Source: Spirochaetia bacterium
GTDB taxonomy: Bacteria > Spirochaetota > Spirochaetia > SZUA-6 > Bin103
Reading direction: 5' to 3'
DNA length: 64,000 nt
NCBI GenBank assembly: GCA_965203905.1
Contig: CBDBDQ010000005.1
Span: 7,296,001 to 7,360,000 of the forward strand
Position 1 is the stretch's first letter. Each line of letters starts with the position of its first letter. The notes under the pieces were generated by a model. It was not told the DNA's origin and ran no database searches. It saw only the letters and a program-made list of their open reading frames with translations. Shown piece after piece: positions 9,078 through 20,048 of the stretch. A program made the position numbers and the translations under genes.

Positions 9078-10840
9078 CCAACCTGTTCCTGGAAGAGCCG
9101 CTGATAGGGGGCGCAGTCGCGGATCAATTCGTCGTGCGAGCCGGATGCGGCAATCACGCCGTCGTCGAGGACCAGGATGCGCCGACAGTCGATGATCGAA
9201 CTCAGACGATGGGCAATGATGATGGTCGACTGGCGCCGATCGGCGTCGAACAGCCGACGATAGATGGAGCGCTCCGTGTCGGGATCGACCGCTGAGAGGC
9301 CCTCGTCGATCACCAGCACGGCCGGTTGCCGCAGTAGCACTCGGGCCAGCTCCAGCCGCTGCTTCTCGCCCGCTGAAAGCGTCCGGCCCTCCGACCCGAT
9401 CATTGTTTCCAGTCCGTCCGGGAAGCTGCGCAGGGTGTCACTGATCTGTGCTATCCGGCAGGCATCCCACAGCGACTCCTCCGAGATTGGCTCGGCGTCC
9501 CCATTCGACACTTCCAAGCAGAGATTTGCACGCGCGGTATCGCTGAATATCAGCGGATCCTGCTGCACGAACCCAAACCACTTCCGCACCGACGCGGGGG
9601 AATAGTGGGCGAGCTTGTGCGCATCGATCGTGATCGAGCCAGTCTCGGGGTCGCGCAGCCGTGCAAGCAGCGTCACGATCGATGACTTGCCTGCGCCGCT
9701 GCTTCCCACGATCGCCACCTGTTCGCCGGGCTCGACCCGTAGCGAGATCCCCTGCAGCACCGGGACCTCCTGCCGATAACAAAAGCGCACGTCATCGAAG
9801 ACGACCGCGCGTGGGGTCGCGTCGAGGGCGGGGCCGGCGTCTATCTCGGCCGGCAACTCCAGCACAGCGCGGATGCGGTCCACTCCGACCGAGTAGGTAC
9901 GCATGCGAAACAGCATGTCGCTGAGTTCACTGAGCTCCGTGCGGGCCGTTACGAAGTAGGTTGCCACCGCGATGTATCCACCGATCGTGAGACGGTCGGA
10001 CAGGACCAGCGCACTCACCGCTACGAAGAAAGCGATCTCCAGCGCCGTCGCGAGCAGTTCGCGAACCCGTTCCGCGGAGAGCTCCACCAGCGACTGTCTC
10101 ACCTTGAGTTGAATCAAGCCCCGTAGCCTGGCCACCAGCCAGCGCGCCACGGTGGAAGTGGCTCCCATCTGCTGGAGATCGGCGGTGCCGCGGATGATCT
10201 CGAACAGCCAGCTCGAATAGCCGCCGTACCGCGTACGAAGCGCGTCGGCCACGCGCCGCCCGCGCAGGCCCATCAGATGAGCGAGGAGAGCGGTAAGGGG
10301 CGCCGCTATGGCAGCCATGAGCGCCAGCAGCGGGCTGATGGCTCCCATGAACAGCAGCGCGATCACCAGGCCAATGAACGCATCCGGTATCCAGATGCCG
10401 AACACGTCCACGTACCAGGTGATCTGCTGCGCATCGGTCTCCACCGTCTCGGCCAGGTCGCCGGTCTTCCTGCGCTCGAGCAACTCGCTCCGGACGGAGA
10501 GAATGCGGCGAAATATGCGCCGTCGCACCTTGGAGTCGAAGTCGGTGACCTTGTACACCCAGGAGACGTGACCGATGGCGAACAACCCTTCGTTGGCAAC
10601 CAGCATCATGGCGAAGCACAGCGCCAGCGCCGGGACCAGCGACAGGTCGCGGTGGGTAATCACTTGGTCGACGACCAGCGCGTACACGATGGGCAGCAGA
10701 GCGCGGAAGAAGTGGGTGAACAGGGCATTGACGAGCGACGTGACCCACGCCATCCGGTCGCCGCGCGCCATCCGCCATGCGAACGCCAGACGGCCGCGGT
10801 GCCCTGTCGTGGTGGAGGCGGCGTCGGGGTCGGGGCTCAT
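9074..10840 (-). CDS. ABC exporter, fused permease/ATPase (heterodimer subunit)
   Basis: TM domain; GSSGAGKS, LSAGEKQR, LVIDEG, IAHRLS; 4-nt overlaps with both neighbours. Confidence 0.9.
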   Translation of the reverse strand: MSPDPDAASTTTGHRGRLAFAWRMARGDRMAWVTSLVNALFTHFFRALLPIVYALVVDQVITHRDLSLVPALALCFAMMLVANEGLFAIGHVSWVYKVTDFDSKVRRRIFRRILSVRSELLERRKTGDLAETVETDAQQITWYVDVFGIWIPDAFIGLVIALLFMGAISPLLALMAAIAAPLTALLAHLMGLRGRRVADALRTRYGGYSSWLFEIIRGTADLQQMGATSTVARWLVARLRGLIQLKVRQSLVELSAERVRELLATALEIAFFVAVSALVLSDRLTIGGYIAVATYFVTARTELSELSDMLFRMRTYSVGVDRIRAVLELPAEIDAGPALDATPRAVVFDDVRFCYRQEVPVLQGISLRVEPGEQVAIVGSSGAGKSSIVTLLARLRDPETGSITIDAHKLAHYSPASVRKWFGFVQQDPLIFSDTARANLCLEVSNGDAEPISEESLWDACRIAQISDTLRSFPDGLETMIGSEGRTLSAGEKQRLELARVLLRQPAVLVIDEGLSAVDPDTERSIYRRLFDADRRQSTIIIAHRLSSIIDCRRILVLDDGVIAASGSHDELIRDCAPYQRLFQEQVG

Positions 10841-11244
10841 CGGTCGCGCCGAAAGAGCACCGTCACGGCGTAGCTGAGCAGCGATCGCTCACTCACGGCG
10901 AGCTCGATGGTGGCCTCGGGAGTGTCGATACTGGCGTTCGGGCGTGCCCACACGCGGGTTCCTGTCACCGTGCTCTCGCGACGGAACAGCATCGCCTCAT
11001 GCCGCCGCCCATTGCCGTCGACGATCGATACCCGTTCCGTGGAGGCTTCCGGTGGCGCGGGAAAGTCGGCGACGAACAGCCCGTCATCGGTCGGGCTGGC
11101 CACTGCCGAGACGAACTCCGGGACGGTTGTCGCGGTCGCCACCAGCCACAGGCCATAAAGGGTGGCGACCGACAGGATGATGCCGACCACCGGGGTCTTG
11201 GCCACCAGCACGCGGAGGCGCCGGCGGAAGATGTCTGATGGCAA
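10837..11244 (-). CDS. Hypothetical membrane-anchored accessory protein of the exporter operon (start uncertain)
   Basis: One TM segment 'VVGIILSVATLYGLWLVA'; ATGA overlap with the exporter gene. Confidence 0.6.
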   Translation of the reverse strand: MPSDIFRRRLRVLVAKTPVVGIILSVATLYGLWLVATATTVPEFVSAVASPTDDGLFVADFPAPPEASTERVSIVDGNGRRHEAMLFRRESTVTGTRVWARPNASIDTPEATIELAVSERSLLSYAVTVLFRRDR

Positions 11245-11599
11245 CGATCTACTCGGCGTCCATCAGAGGCTGGTCCGCACGGGCCCATCGCGGACAGACT
11301 TTCGATCATCCGTGCAACGAGGGGTTTGCATCGTCATTCTTCGGGCTCGCCTCACCACTGTGACACGAAAGCACTCTGGCGTCAGCCGGTTCAACCGATC
11401 CGGGCGCAGCCGTCGTTGCCGCCAGACGATCGCGATCCAGAGTCGCCTGACATACCTGGCTCCGCCTCGCACTGCGGTCCACAGTCCTCTCCGCGGCCAC
11501 TCGCCGCCCTTACTCGCCGCCCCCTCGCCGCCCTGTCGGCACTTGCAATCGAAAGTCGGATAGGTGACACTCTCCGCCCGGTGTTCTCGGATTTCCCGT

Positions 11600-12598
<999 letters not shown>

Positions 12599-12603
12599 GC
12601 GCC

Positions 12604-13395
12604 GTGCTGCGCATCTACTGGATCTACTTGAAAACCGCGCTGGCGGAACAGCTTCAGTATCGCTTTGCAGCGGTGATCTACATGTCGAACCGCGTTATCG
12701 AGCCTACCGTGCTGCTCGCGATATGGAGTGCAGTCGCTACCGCTCGTGGCGAGGTAGGAGGTTACTCTGCAGCCGATTTCGCGGCATATTTCATCGCCAC
12801 GATGGTGGTCAATCAGCTAACCTACTCGGCGACCTTCCACTACTTCGAGTGGAGGGTACGGAGCGGAGAGCTGTCCCTTGAGCTGCTCCGGCCGCTGCAT
12901 CCGATTCATGCCGATATCCCGGCGAATCTTGGCGAAAAGTCATTCACTCTGTTAGCCATGATACCGGTGGTAGTGGTGCTGTCCATTCTGTTCCAGCCAT
13001 CATTTGACAGTAACCCTACTATGTTCTTACTGGCATTCGCAGCCCTTGTCCCAGCGTATTGTATTCGTTTCTTTACGGATTGGACATTTGCGATGTCCGC
13101 TTTTTGGACCACCCGCGCATCGGCTTTAGCTGAGATCTACCTGGTGTTCGAACTGTTCTTCTACGGTCGCTTTGCGCCGCTGGAGCTGCTTCCGCCGTGG
13201 CTTGAGCGAATCTCCTGGCTGCTGCCATTTCGGTGGGCAGTATGGTTTCCGGTCGAGTTGGCACTGAATCGTCTGAGTCACGACGAAATCGTAACTGGTT
13301 TTCTGATGCAGGCGCTCTGGTTGGTAGTGACGCTGGTCTGTCTACGTATCGTCTGGTTACGCGGATTGCGCAAGTTCACGGCAGTGGGTGGATAG
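12604..13395 (+). CDS. ABC-2 family permease (COG4587-like), system 1
   Basis: About 6 TM segments, 'VRSGELSLELLRP', 'APLELLP', C-terminal 'FTAVGG'. Confidence 0.88.
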   Translation: MLRIYWIYLKTALAEQLQYRFAAVIYMSNRVIEPTVLLAIWSAVATARGEVGGYSAADFAAYFIATMVVNQLTYSATFHYFEWRVRSGELSLELLRPLHPIHADIPANLGEKSFTLLAMIPVVVVLSILFQPSFDSNPTMFLLAFAALVPAYCIRFFTDWTFAMSAFWTTRASALAEIYLVFELFFYGRFAPLELLPPWLERISWLLPFRWAVWFPVELALNRLSHDEIVTGFLMQALWLVVTLVCLRIVWLRGLRKFTAVGG

Positions 13396-14181
13396 ATGCA
13401 GCGAGTACGCATCGTGTGGACGTTCTTCAAGATCGGTCTGCTCAACGAGTTCGCCTATCGCGCCAATCTCTACCTGCAACTGGTCCAGTCTTGTGCCGCG
13501 GTGGCGATGGCGTTCGGCGGGTTGGTCGTTGTCTTCGGCCACACCGAAACGATCGGTGGGTGGGGGCCTGACGAGGTACTTGCGGTACTCGGAGTGTACT
13601 TGATCATGGGCGCGGCCATCTCCGGCGCAATAGCGCCGAGTATGCGGAAACTGATGGAGGATGTGCGCCGGGGTACGCTGGACTACACATTGACCAAGCC
13701 TGAGGGAAGTCAGTTTCTGGTCAGCATCGGCGAATTCCGCGTATGGAAGCTGGTCGACGCGGTGATCGGGATGATAGTACTGGGCGCAGCACTGCGCCAA
13801 CATGGAGTGGCACTGGGGGCGGCTGATGCCGCCTTGTTCGGAGCCACGATGGTGGCCGGAGGGGCGATCATTTACAGTTTCTTCCTGACCATGGGCGCCT
13901 TGTCATTCTGGTTCCTGCGTATTCAAAACATCATGCTCATCTTCCACAACATGTACCAGGCGGCGCGCTGGCCCATCGGTGTATATCCGCGCTGGCTACG
14001 TATCATTCTGACGTTTGTCGTACCGGTGGCGATTGCTATCACGGTACCGTCAGAGGCTCTCGTATCGCGCCTTACGAGCGAACGGGTCGCGGCAGTCGTG
14101 CTCGCCACACTGCTCTCTTTGACAGTATCCCGGCTGATTTGGCTGCGCGGAGTCAGACACTACTCCGGGGCATCTGCATAA
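13396..14181 (+). CDS. ABC-2 family permease (COG3694/DUF990-like), system 1
   Basis: 'GTLDYTLTKP', 'ARWPIGVYP', 'LTFVVP', C-terminal 'HYSGASA'. Confidence 0.88.
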   Translation: MQRVRIVWTFFKIGLLNEFAYRANLYLQLVQSCAAVAMAFGGLVVVFGHTETIGGWGPDEVLAVLGVYLIMGAAISGAIAPSMRKLMEDVRRGTLDYTLTKPEGSQFLVSIGEFRVWKLVDAVIGMIVLGAALRQHGVALGAADAALFGATMVAGGAIIYSFFLTMGALSFWFLRIQNIMLIFHNMYQAARWPIGVYPRWLRIILTFVVPVAIAITVPSEALVSRLTSERVAAVVLATLLSLTVSRLIWLRGVRHYSGASA

Positions 14182-14338
14182 TCGAGTACGTACCACGGCC
14201 ACAACGAAGTGTATGACGGTTGGTTATGTCTACTGATTCTCACCCACCGACGCCCCTGCGTACGACGAAATGATCGAATCGCCGTGATCAAAGTTGCTGC
14301 GCCCCACCGCGCCGTCCGCAGGTCGTAAGGGCTCCCGG

Positions 14339-14839
14339 GTGGAGATTCAGCGCGGCGGGTTTCACCTTCGGAGGTTCGTTATCGGCGACCTCGCTGGGGT
14401 GCTTGGGCTCGTCCACATGACTGTCGACCGGTCGTACGCGACAACCTACTGCCTCGAAGCGCGCGCCGCGTTCAAGGAATACGCCTCGGCGGACCGGATC
14501 GCGGCGGATGCGAACGCCGGGCTCACCTTGGTCGCCGAGTCCAACGGCGAGGTGGTTGGCACCGCGTCACTGGTCGGCGATGAGATCAGCAGAACCTACG
14601 TGCATCCCGACTACCAGGGCCACGGTCTGGGGAAAGGGCTCATGGCGCTCCTGGAACGTGAGGCCCTGCAACGCGGGCTGGGCGAGGTACGTCTGCACTC
14701 CTCACTCAACGCTGAACGGTTCTACCTCGGCTTGGGATACGAAGTAACCGAGACCGGCGCCATCCCTGTCGCAAACGGACAGGAGCTACCCTATTTCCGC
14801 ATGCGCAAACGATTGTCATCTCCTGACTTGTATCGCTGA
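14339..14839 (+). CDS. GNAT family N-acetyltransferase
   Basis: 'YVHPDYQGHGLGKGLM' and 'SSLNAERFYLGLGY'; start chosen at GTG 14339. Confidence 0.85.
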   Translation: MEIQRGGFHLRRFVIGDLAGVLGLVHMTVDRSYATTYCLEARAAFKEYASADRIAADANAGLTLVAESNGEVVGTASLVGDEISRTYVHPDYQGHGLGKGLMALLEREALQRGLGEVRLHSSLNAERFYLGLGYEVTETGAIPVANGQELPYFRMRKRLSSPDLYR

Positions 14840-15015
14840 ACGTTGATCTCGCTCGAGCGTTGTGAGCGCATCTGTGCAGCGTCATACCACGCCAGCATCC
14901 GCAGCAGCAGGTCCATGCCCACGTCGAACGCCTTCTCGATACGCAGCGCCATCTCCGGCGACAGCACGGCTCTGCGGTTCAGAAATTCCGAAAGCGTCGC
15001 CTGGAGCACCCCCAC
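14791..15015 (-). pseudogene. higA: 5'-truncated HigA/VapI-type antitoxin remnant
   Basis: 'GVLQATLSEFLNRRAVLSPEMALRIEKAFDVGMDLLLRMLAWYD' matches the C-terminal half of HigA; N-terminus and HigB are absent. Confidence 0.75.
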
Positions 15016-15121
15016 AGTATTGTGTATTGTATTGAGCGCGGCCTCAACAAAGCTGTGGAACGCATGACAGTCTGACGAGCCGCCCCGATACTCGAAGAAA
15101 ATAGTTTGGAGACGCTGTTCG

Positions 15122-16108
15122 ATGGACTCGCCCGTGGTCGTGGCTCGCGCTTTGACCAAGGACTTCAAGGTCGCACAGAAGACGAGTGGCCCGTTGAGCA
15201 CGCTACGCCACTTTGTCCGCCGCCGGTACCGCTTGGTACGCGCCGTCGACTCGGTTTCCTTCGCGATACGCGCGGGGGAGCGAGTGGCCATATTGGGTGC
15301 CAACGGCGCCGGCAAGACCACCTTGGTCAAGCTGATGTGCGGCCTGCTGCGCCCCACCGGCGGCCGCGTCGAGTTACTCGGCACGGAGCCGATCACACGT
15401 GAGATCTCCGTTCGCCGGCAAACGGGCTTGGTCTTGGCGGGGCGGGTCCGTCTCTGGCCCGAGCTCACCGCAAACGACAATTTCGAGTTGCTGTACTCAC
15501 TCTACGGCCTGGATGCCGCGGCACACGCCAAGCGCACGGCGCGGCTCGCCACGCTTCTGGGAGTTTCCGGCGACCTGAGTGCCCAAGTGCGGAAGCTGTC
15601 GTTCGGGACGCGCACCAAGCTGGAACTGATTGCTGGGCTACTGCACGCTCCGCGAGTCGTATTCCTGGACGAGCCGACCGTCGGGGTGGACAACCGTACC
15701 CGCGAGGCGCTGCACGACTTTCTCGGCTCTGATCGCGCGGACGGTCTTGGTCGTGACGTGGCGCTGGTGCTCACGTCACACAATCTCGCCGACATCACCC
15801 GCATCGCCCGCCGAGTCCTCCTGATCCGGGAGGGTCGCCTGGTATTCGACGGAATGTTGAGCGACGTGGTCGCCGCGGCGCGAGAAGCAGTGCGCATCAA
15901 GGTGAGAGGTCGCCGTCTGCGAGAGGCAGCGCTGCCCGATGCCCGCGTGGTCAGGAACACGCCGGACCAGTTGGAGCTTGCCGTCCACCCGCACGCCGTC
16001 CGCCGGGTCTTGGCGGCGGTTACCGAGCTACGGGACGTGCAGGACGTGCATACCGACGTGCCGAGCGCGGAGGAGGCGCTACAGGAATTGTACCGACACT
16101 ACGGATGA
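15122..16108 (+). CDS. ABC-2 type ATP-binding protein, system 2
   Basis: GANGAGKTT, LSFGTR, FLDEPTVGVD. Confidence 0.9.
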   Translation: MDSPVVVARALTKDFKVAQKTSGPLSTLRHFVRRRYRLVRAVDSVSFAIRAGERVAILGANGAGKTTLVKLMCGLLRPTGGRVELLGTEPITREISVRRQTGLVLAGRVRLWPELTANDNFELLYSLYGLDAAAHAKRTARLATLLGVSGDLSAQVRKLSFGTRTKLELIAGLLHAPRVVFLDEPTVGVDNRTREALHDFLGSDRADGLGRDVALVLTSHNLADITRIARRVLLIREGRLVFDGMLSDVVAAAREAVRIKVRGRRLREAALPDARVVRNTPDQLELAVHPHAVRRVLAAVTELRDVQDVHTDVPSAEEALQELYRHYG

Positions 16109-16920
16109 ACACTTTCCGCCGTATGGTCGTGGCCATCGGAGAGGCGCCTAGGGTGACCTGGAGCCTGACCACGGCACTCGTCACCCAGTCGATGGAATAT
16201 CGCGCTGACTATCTGCTCAACTTTGGAATGTCGCTGTTGCCGACCCTGATGCTCACATTCGTCTGGTGGTCGATCGAGGGAGCGCGCGGCCCTGATCGTT
16301 GGGACCTGCTGGCGTACTTCCTGGCCGTGCTGCTGTTGGAGCAGCTCACCAACTCTGACAATTTCCAGTGGCGACTGGCGCGGCGCATTCAGAGCGGTGA
16401 TGTCGAACTGGAAGCGCTGGTCGGTACCCCCTTGAGCACCGTTTGGTTCGGGACCGCACTTGGTATGCGAGCCGGACAGTTCCTCGCCAAGAGTCCGGGC
16501 TTATTGCTGCTCGCCGCGGGAGTGGTGCTGGCTGGCTCATGGCAGAGCATCGGGCACTTTGGATACGCGGTTCTGGCCATCTGTGGTGCCTTCGTCGTTC
16601 GCTTCCTTCTGTCCGTCACGGTGTCGGCACTCACATTCTGGATCGATGACGTCGCCGGCATCTACTTCAGCATCCAGTTGGCGGCGAGCGTGTTGTCCGG
16701 CCGTCTGATCCCGATCGACCGGCTCGGCGCGCCGGTCGAGTCGGTGCTCGCGATGACGCCCTTCTACTACATGGTCTTCGCGCCGGCGACGGTGCTGGCA
16801 GGGAGCATCCCGGAGCATCCCGTCCTGGTGGGGCAACTGGTGTGGACGGCGCTTCTGCTGGCCACGGCCTGGGTACTCACACGCGCCGGCCTCCGGCGCT
16901 ATGCGAATGTCGCCGCGTAA
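16105..16920 (+). CDS. ABC-2 family permease, system 2
   Basis: Multiple TM segments, 'MEYRAD', 'LSGRLIP', C-terminal 'GLRRY'. Confidence 0.85.
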   Translation: MNTFRRMVVAIGEAPRVTWSLTTALVTQSMEYRADYLLNFGMSLLPTLMLTFVWWSIEGARGPDRWDLLAYFLAVLLLEQLTNSDNFQWRLARRIQSGDVELEALVGTPLSTVWFGTALGMRAGQFLAKSPGLLLLAAGVVLAGSWQSIGHFGYAVLAICGAFVVRFLLSVTVSALTFWIDDVAGIYFSIQLAASVLSGRLIPIDRLGAPVESVLAMTPFYYMVFAPATVLAGSIPEHPVLVGQLVWTALLLATAWVLTRAGLRRYANVAA

Positions 16921-17698
16921 CGCTGTTGAGGTGGCCGCGGCGGTGCTCAGGGCGAGCGTGCAGGCCGACACGGCGTATCGCGGCGCCTTCCTGGCGCGCG
17001 CAGCAGAGGCCATCGCCAGTCTGGCCCTGTCGATAGCATTCTACGGCCTGATCTACAGCCACACGAGTGGGATAGGCGACTGGAGCTACGCCAACATCCT
17101 GGCCCTCGCCGGGACCTTCGAGATCATTCGCGGCATCGTGCATGGGCTGTTCATGCGCAACCTGCCCGGCCTGCAGGACCGGATTCGGACCGGGACGCTG
17201 GACTACGATCTGATCGCTCCAGTCAACACGCGTTTCCTGGTCTCGTGCCGCCGGCTGTACGTGATGAACTTGCTGAACGTTCTGCTCGGTGTATTCCTGG
17301 TGATCGCGGCGGCCGGCCTCGGAGAATCGTGGCCTGCGCCGGCCGGCGTGGCCGGCTACGTGGTCATGCTGATCTTCGCCGTGGTCGGCAACTACTGCCT
17401 GTGGTTCATGGTGATGTGTTCCGCGTTCTGGCTCGAGAAGGTCGACGGGCTCCAGGAACCCTACCTGGAGATATTGAACCTGTCCCGCTATCCCCCCACC
17501 GTCCTTCCGCGGCCGGTCAGGGTAGCCGTGACGGTGTTGCTACCGGCGTTGGTTAGCGCAGCGCTGCCGGCATCGATGCTCTGGGGCGGGTTCGGCGGGC
17601 ACGTCCTGGGGTTCGGCGCCGGAGTGGCGGCCACTGCCATGCTGTCCTCGCTCGTATTCCGGCGCGGCCTCTTGCGTTACGAGGGGGGCACCGCCTGA
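16907..17698 (+). CDS. ABC-2 family permease (DUF990-like), system 2
   Basis: 'AYRGAF', 'GTLDYDLIAP', 'SRYPPTV', C-terminal 'GLLRYEG'. Confidence 0.85.
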   Translation: MSPRNAVEVAAAVLRASVQADTAYRGAFLARAAEAIASLALSIAFYGLIYSHTSGIGDWSYANILALAGTFEIIRGIVHGLFMRNLPGLQDRIRTGTLDYDLIAPVNTRFLVSCRRLYVMNLLNVLLGVFLVIAAAGLGESWPAPAGVAGYVVMLIFAVVGNYCLWFMVMCSAFWLEKVDGLQEPYLEILNLSRYPPTVLPRPVRVAVTVLLPALVSAALPASMLWGGFGGHVLGFGAGVAATAMLSSLVFRRGLLRYEGGTA

Positions 17699-17989
17699 GT
17701 CTCCCACGTCACCGCGGTGGTATGGAAGAATGTGTTGGTCGCCGAACCTTGAGTTCCGCCACTCGCCCGAGTACTGCCGGCCGTGGCCGGTGGGCAGCAG
17801 TTTCATGGCGGGCTACCGGTCAAAGGGGCAAACACCAGGAGGCCGCCGCCTGATCTGTTACACACCTATTCACGGAATCTTTGAGCCATCCGTGTGACCC
17901 GCAATGGTACTTGGCCTGACTGCACACCGGAAGAGAGGGTGTTGCGGCGTGAGACGGTTGAAGGTGCCACTGAATGCTATGGTGGGATA

Positions 17990-18856
17990 GTGGTCCATTG
18001 TCGGGAGACCCTGTACGTATCGGATATGGACGGAACGTTGCTCCGTACCGACGGATCGCTGTCGCCCTACAGCGTTCGGACGCTGAACCGCCTGATCCAC
18101 GATGGCATGCGGTTTACGGTAGCAAGTGCCAGAGGCTGTGGCCCAATCCGGATCGCTCTGGACGGTCTCCGCCTGGCCCTGCCGGTCATCAACCAGAACG
18201 GCGCGTTCGTTTCGGATCTCGCGACAGGCCGCCATCTGGCGATCCATGCCATGCGACCACAAGTCGCGCATGGCTTGTGGTCGCTGCTTGATCGGGCTGG
18301 GAGCAGACCGTTTCTGATGACCTTCGATGGTGGCCTCGATCGCCTTTACTTCAACGACAGTGTCCTGCGCAACCACGGCATGCGGCGGTTTCTCGAGGAC
18401 CGACAACGGAACCAGGATCCGCGGCTTGCGCACCTCGACCACCTGCAGGACGGCCTGGAGGATCAGGTAGTCTGCCTCACTGCCATCGACCCACTACCCC
18501 GGATTCGGCACTTGGAGCAAGCGATCAGGCTGCGCTACGGCCGATCGGTCGCTTCGCACAGTCACGAGGAACACGGACTCTGGCTCTTGGCGATCCACGA
18601 CTCCTGCGCCACCAAGGAGCAGGGCATAGCCCATGTGCTCCAAGGGCAGAACCTGCCGTTACCTCGCTTGGTGGTGTTCGGCGACCAGATCAATGATGCC
18701 GGCATGTTCCGCATGGCCGACGAAGCGTACGCGGTGGCCGGCGCTGTGCCCGACCTCGCGCAACATGCCACCGCCGTGATCGGCTCCAACGATGACGATG
18801 CCGTGGCCCGATGGCTGGACGCCCACTGGCGCTGTTATGCCCGTTGCGGTGAATGA
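17990..18856 (+). CDS. Cof-type HAD superfamily hydrolase
   Basis: 'SDMDGTLL', 'VASAR', 'ATKEQG', 'FGDQINDAGMF'. Confidence 0.9.
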   Translation: MVHCRETLYVSDMDGTLLRTDGSLSPYSVRTLNRLIHDGMRFTVASARGCGPIRIALDGLRLALPVINQNGAFVSDLATGRHLAIHAMRPQVAHGLWSLLDRAGSRPFLMTFDGGLDRLYFNDSVLRNHGMRRFLEDRQRNQDPRLAHLDHLQDGLEDQVVCLTAIDPLPRIRHLEQAIRLRYGRSVASHSHEEHGLWLLAIHDSCATKEQGIAHVLQGQNLPLPRLVVFGDQINDAGMFRMADEAYAVAGAVPDLAQHATAVIGSNDDDAVARWLDAHWRCYARCGE

Positions 18857-18917
18857 CGCGAAAAAAGACCCCGGCGCCGCGCGGTTACGTTGGCACATCG
18901 GTGGGAAACCGGTAAGC

Positions 18918-19643
18918 ATGCTTCGGACGATCTTTTTCGATGTTGACGGCACACTGCTGGACGACGACGCCAACTGGCGCTCAGCGGTGGCGGCAACCGC
19001 GCGACTAATCGCCGATCGCTGCCCTCCGCTCGGCCGTGAGGAGCTGACCTCGGCGTATTGCGACGCGGCCACTGAGATCTGGCGCACGATCCGAGACGCA
19101 CAAGAGGCGCCGTGGGGCAACATGGACGATCCTGGCATCGTCCGCAGGGTTTGGCACTCCGCACTCGCGGGCTTGGCTGCCTCAGGCGACGATTCCTCCG
19201 AATATGCGGCACACGCCTACGCCCGGTTCAGGCTCGCGCGAGTCTCAGTGTTCGCCGATGTCAGGGGCTGTCTGGCGAGCCTGCAGGACAAGTACCGGCT
19301 CGGGGTGATAACGAACGGTTCTAACGCCACCCATCTCCCCAAGATCGCTGCGGCCGGTCTGGATGAGTACTTCGAATCGGTTACTACCACCGACTGCGGG
19401 GCGGGCAAGCCGCTGCCCACCATCTTCAATCACGCCCTTGCAGGGCTGGATGCCAAGCCAGCGTCCAGCGCCTTCGTCGGAGACTCGCTGCACTGGGACA
19501 TCGCCGGCGCCAACCAGGTCGGTATATTCTCCATCTGGCTTAACCGAGCCGGCACACAGCGCGCGTCCCGTGACCCAGTACCGCGGGCCGAAATCGCCTC
19601 TCTCCACGAACTTCCCGAGTTGCTCAGCCGAGCCGACCCATGA
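18918..19643 (+). CDS. HAD family hydrolase (YjjG/YigB-like)
   Basis: 'FFDVDGTLLD', 'ITNG', 'GKP', 'VGDSLHWDIAGA'. Confidence 0.9.
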   Translation: MLRTIFFDVDGTLLDDDANWRSAVAATARLIADRCPPLGREELTSAYCDAATEIWRTIRDAQEAPWGNMDDPGIVRRVWHSALAGLAASGDDSSEYAAHAYARFRLARVSVFADVRGCLASLQDKYRLGVITNGSNATHLPKIAAAGLDEYFESVTTTDCGAGKPLPTIFNHALAGLDAKPASSAFVGDSLHWDIAGANQVGIFSIWLNRAGTQRASRDPVPRAEIASLHELPELLSRADP

Positions 19644-19795
19644 ATATCAGTCGCACCGCCAAGGCCCCCCAGCACCCCAACCCAGCCTCCACTTATGTTC
19701 GCGCGCGGGCGACCGCCGCGGCCAGCGTCCGATATTGTAGCCGCGAGCGCAGGCACGAACGGGCGCGCGGAGCTGTACATGAAGGGCAAGCGGCA

Positions 19796-19840
19796 GGACT
19801 GCGCGCCCGCGTCACGCGCTTGCGTAGCGCGGGCGGGTCC
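19796..19840. repeat. GC-rich imperfect palindrome (REP-like or terminator-like hairpin)
   Basis: GGAC..CGCCCGCG..ACGC-GCTT-GCGT..CGCGGGCG.GTCC self-complementary, intergenic. Confidence 0.45.
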
Positions 19841-20012
19841 AAGACTACCCGTCGAGGGGCATGATGAAAATCGGTGTATTACCGCCTGGCACCACGGCAA
19901 TCCCATGGATAGCCTGAGAAGAACGTCCTCACGTTTGCTTTCTGTGGGTAACCGAACATACTTGGTGACAGCCGCCCGACGGGCAGTGTCAATTCGAAAA
20001 ATAGGAGACGGC

Positions 20013-20042
20013 TTGACGCCGATTCGGCGCGGTTGGCATTCT
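20013..20042 (+). promoter_or_regulatory. Candidate promoter for a leaderless methyltransferase mRNA
   Basis: TTGACG-18 nt-CATTCT, GTG start 6 nt downstream, no RBS. Confidence 0.45.
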
Positions 20043-20048
20043 TTCCTC

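Noticed and set aside
11391-11453. 20-codon ORF MSGDSGSRSSGGNDGCARIG (minus strand) as a RiPP precursor
   Set aside because: No leader motif, no modifying enzyme nearby and a weak RBS.
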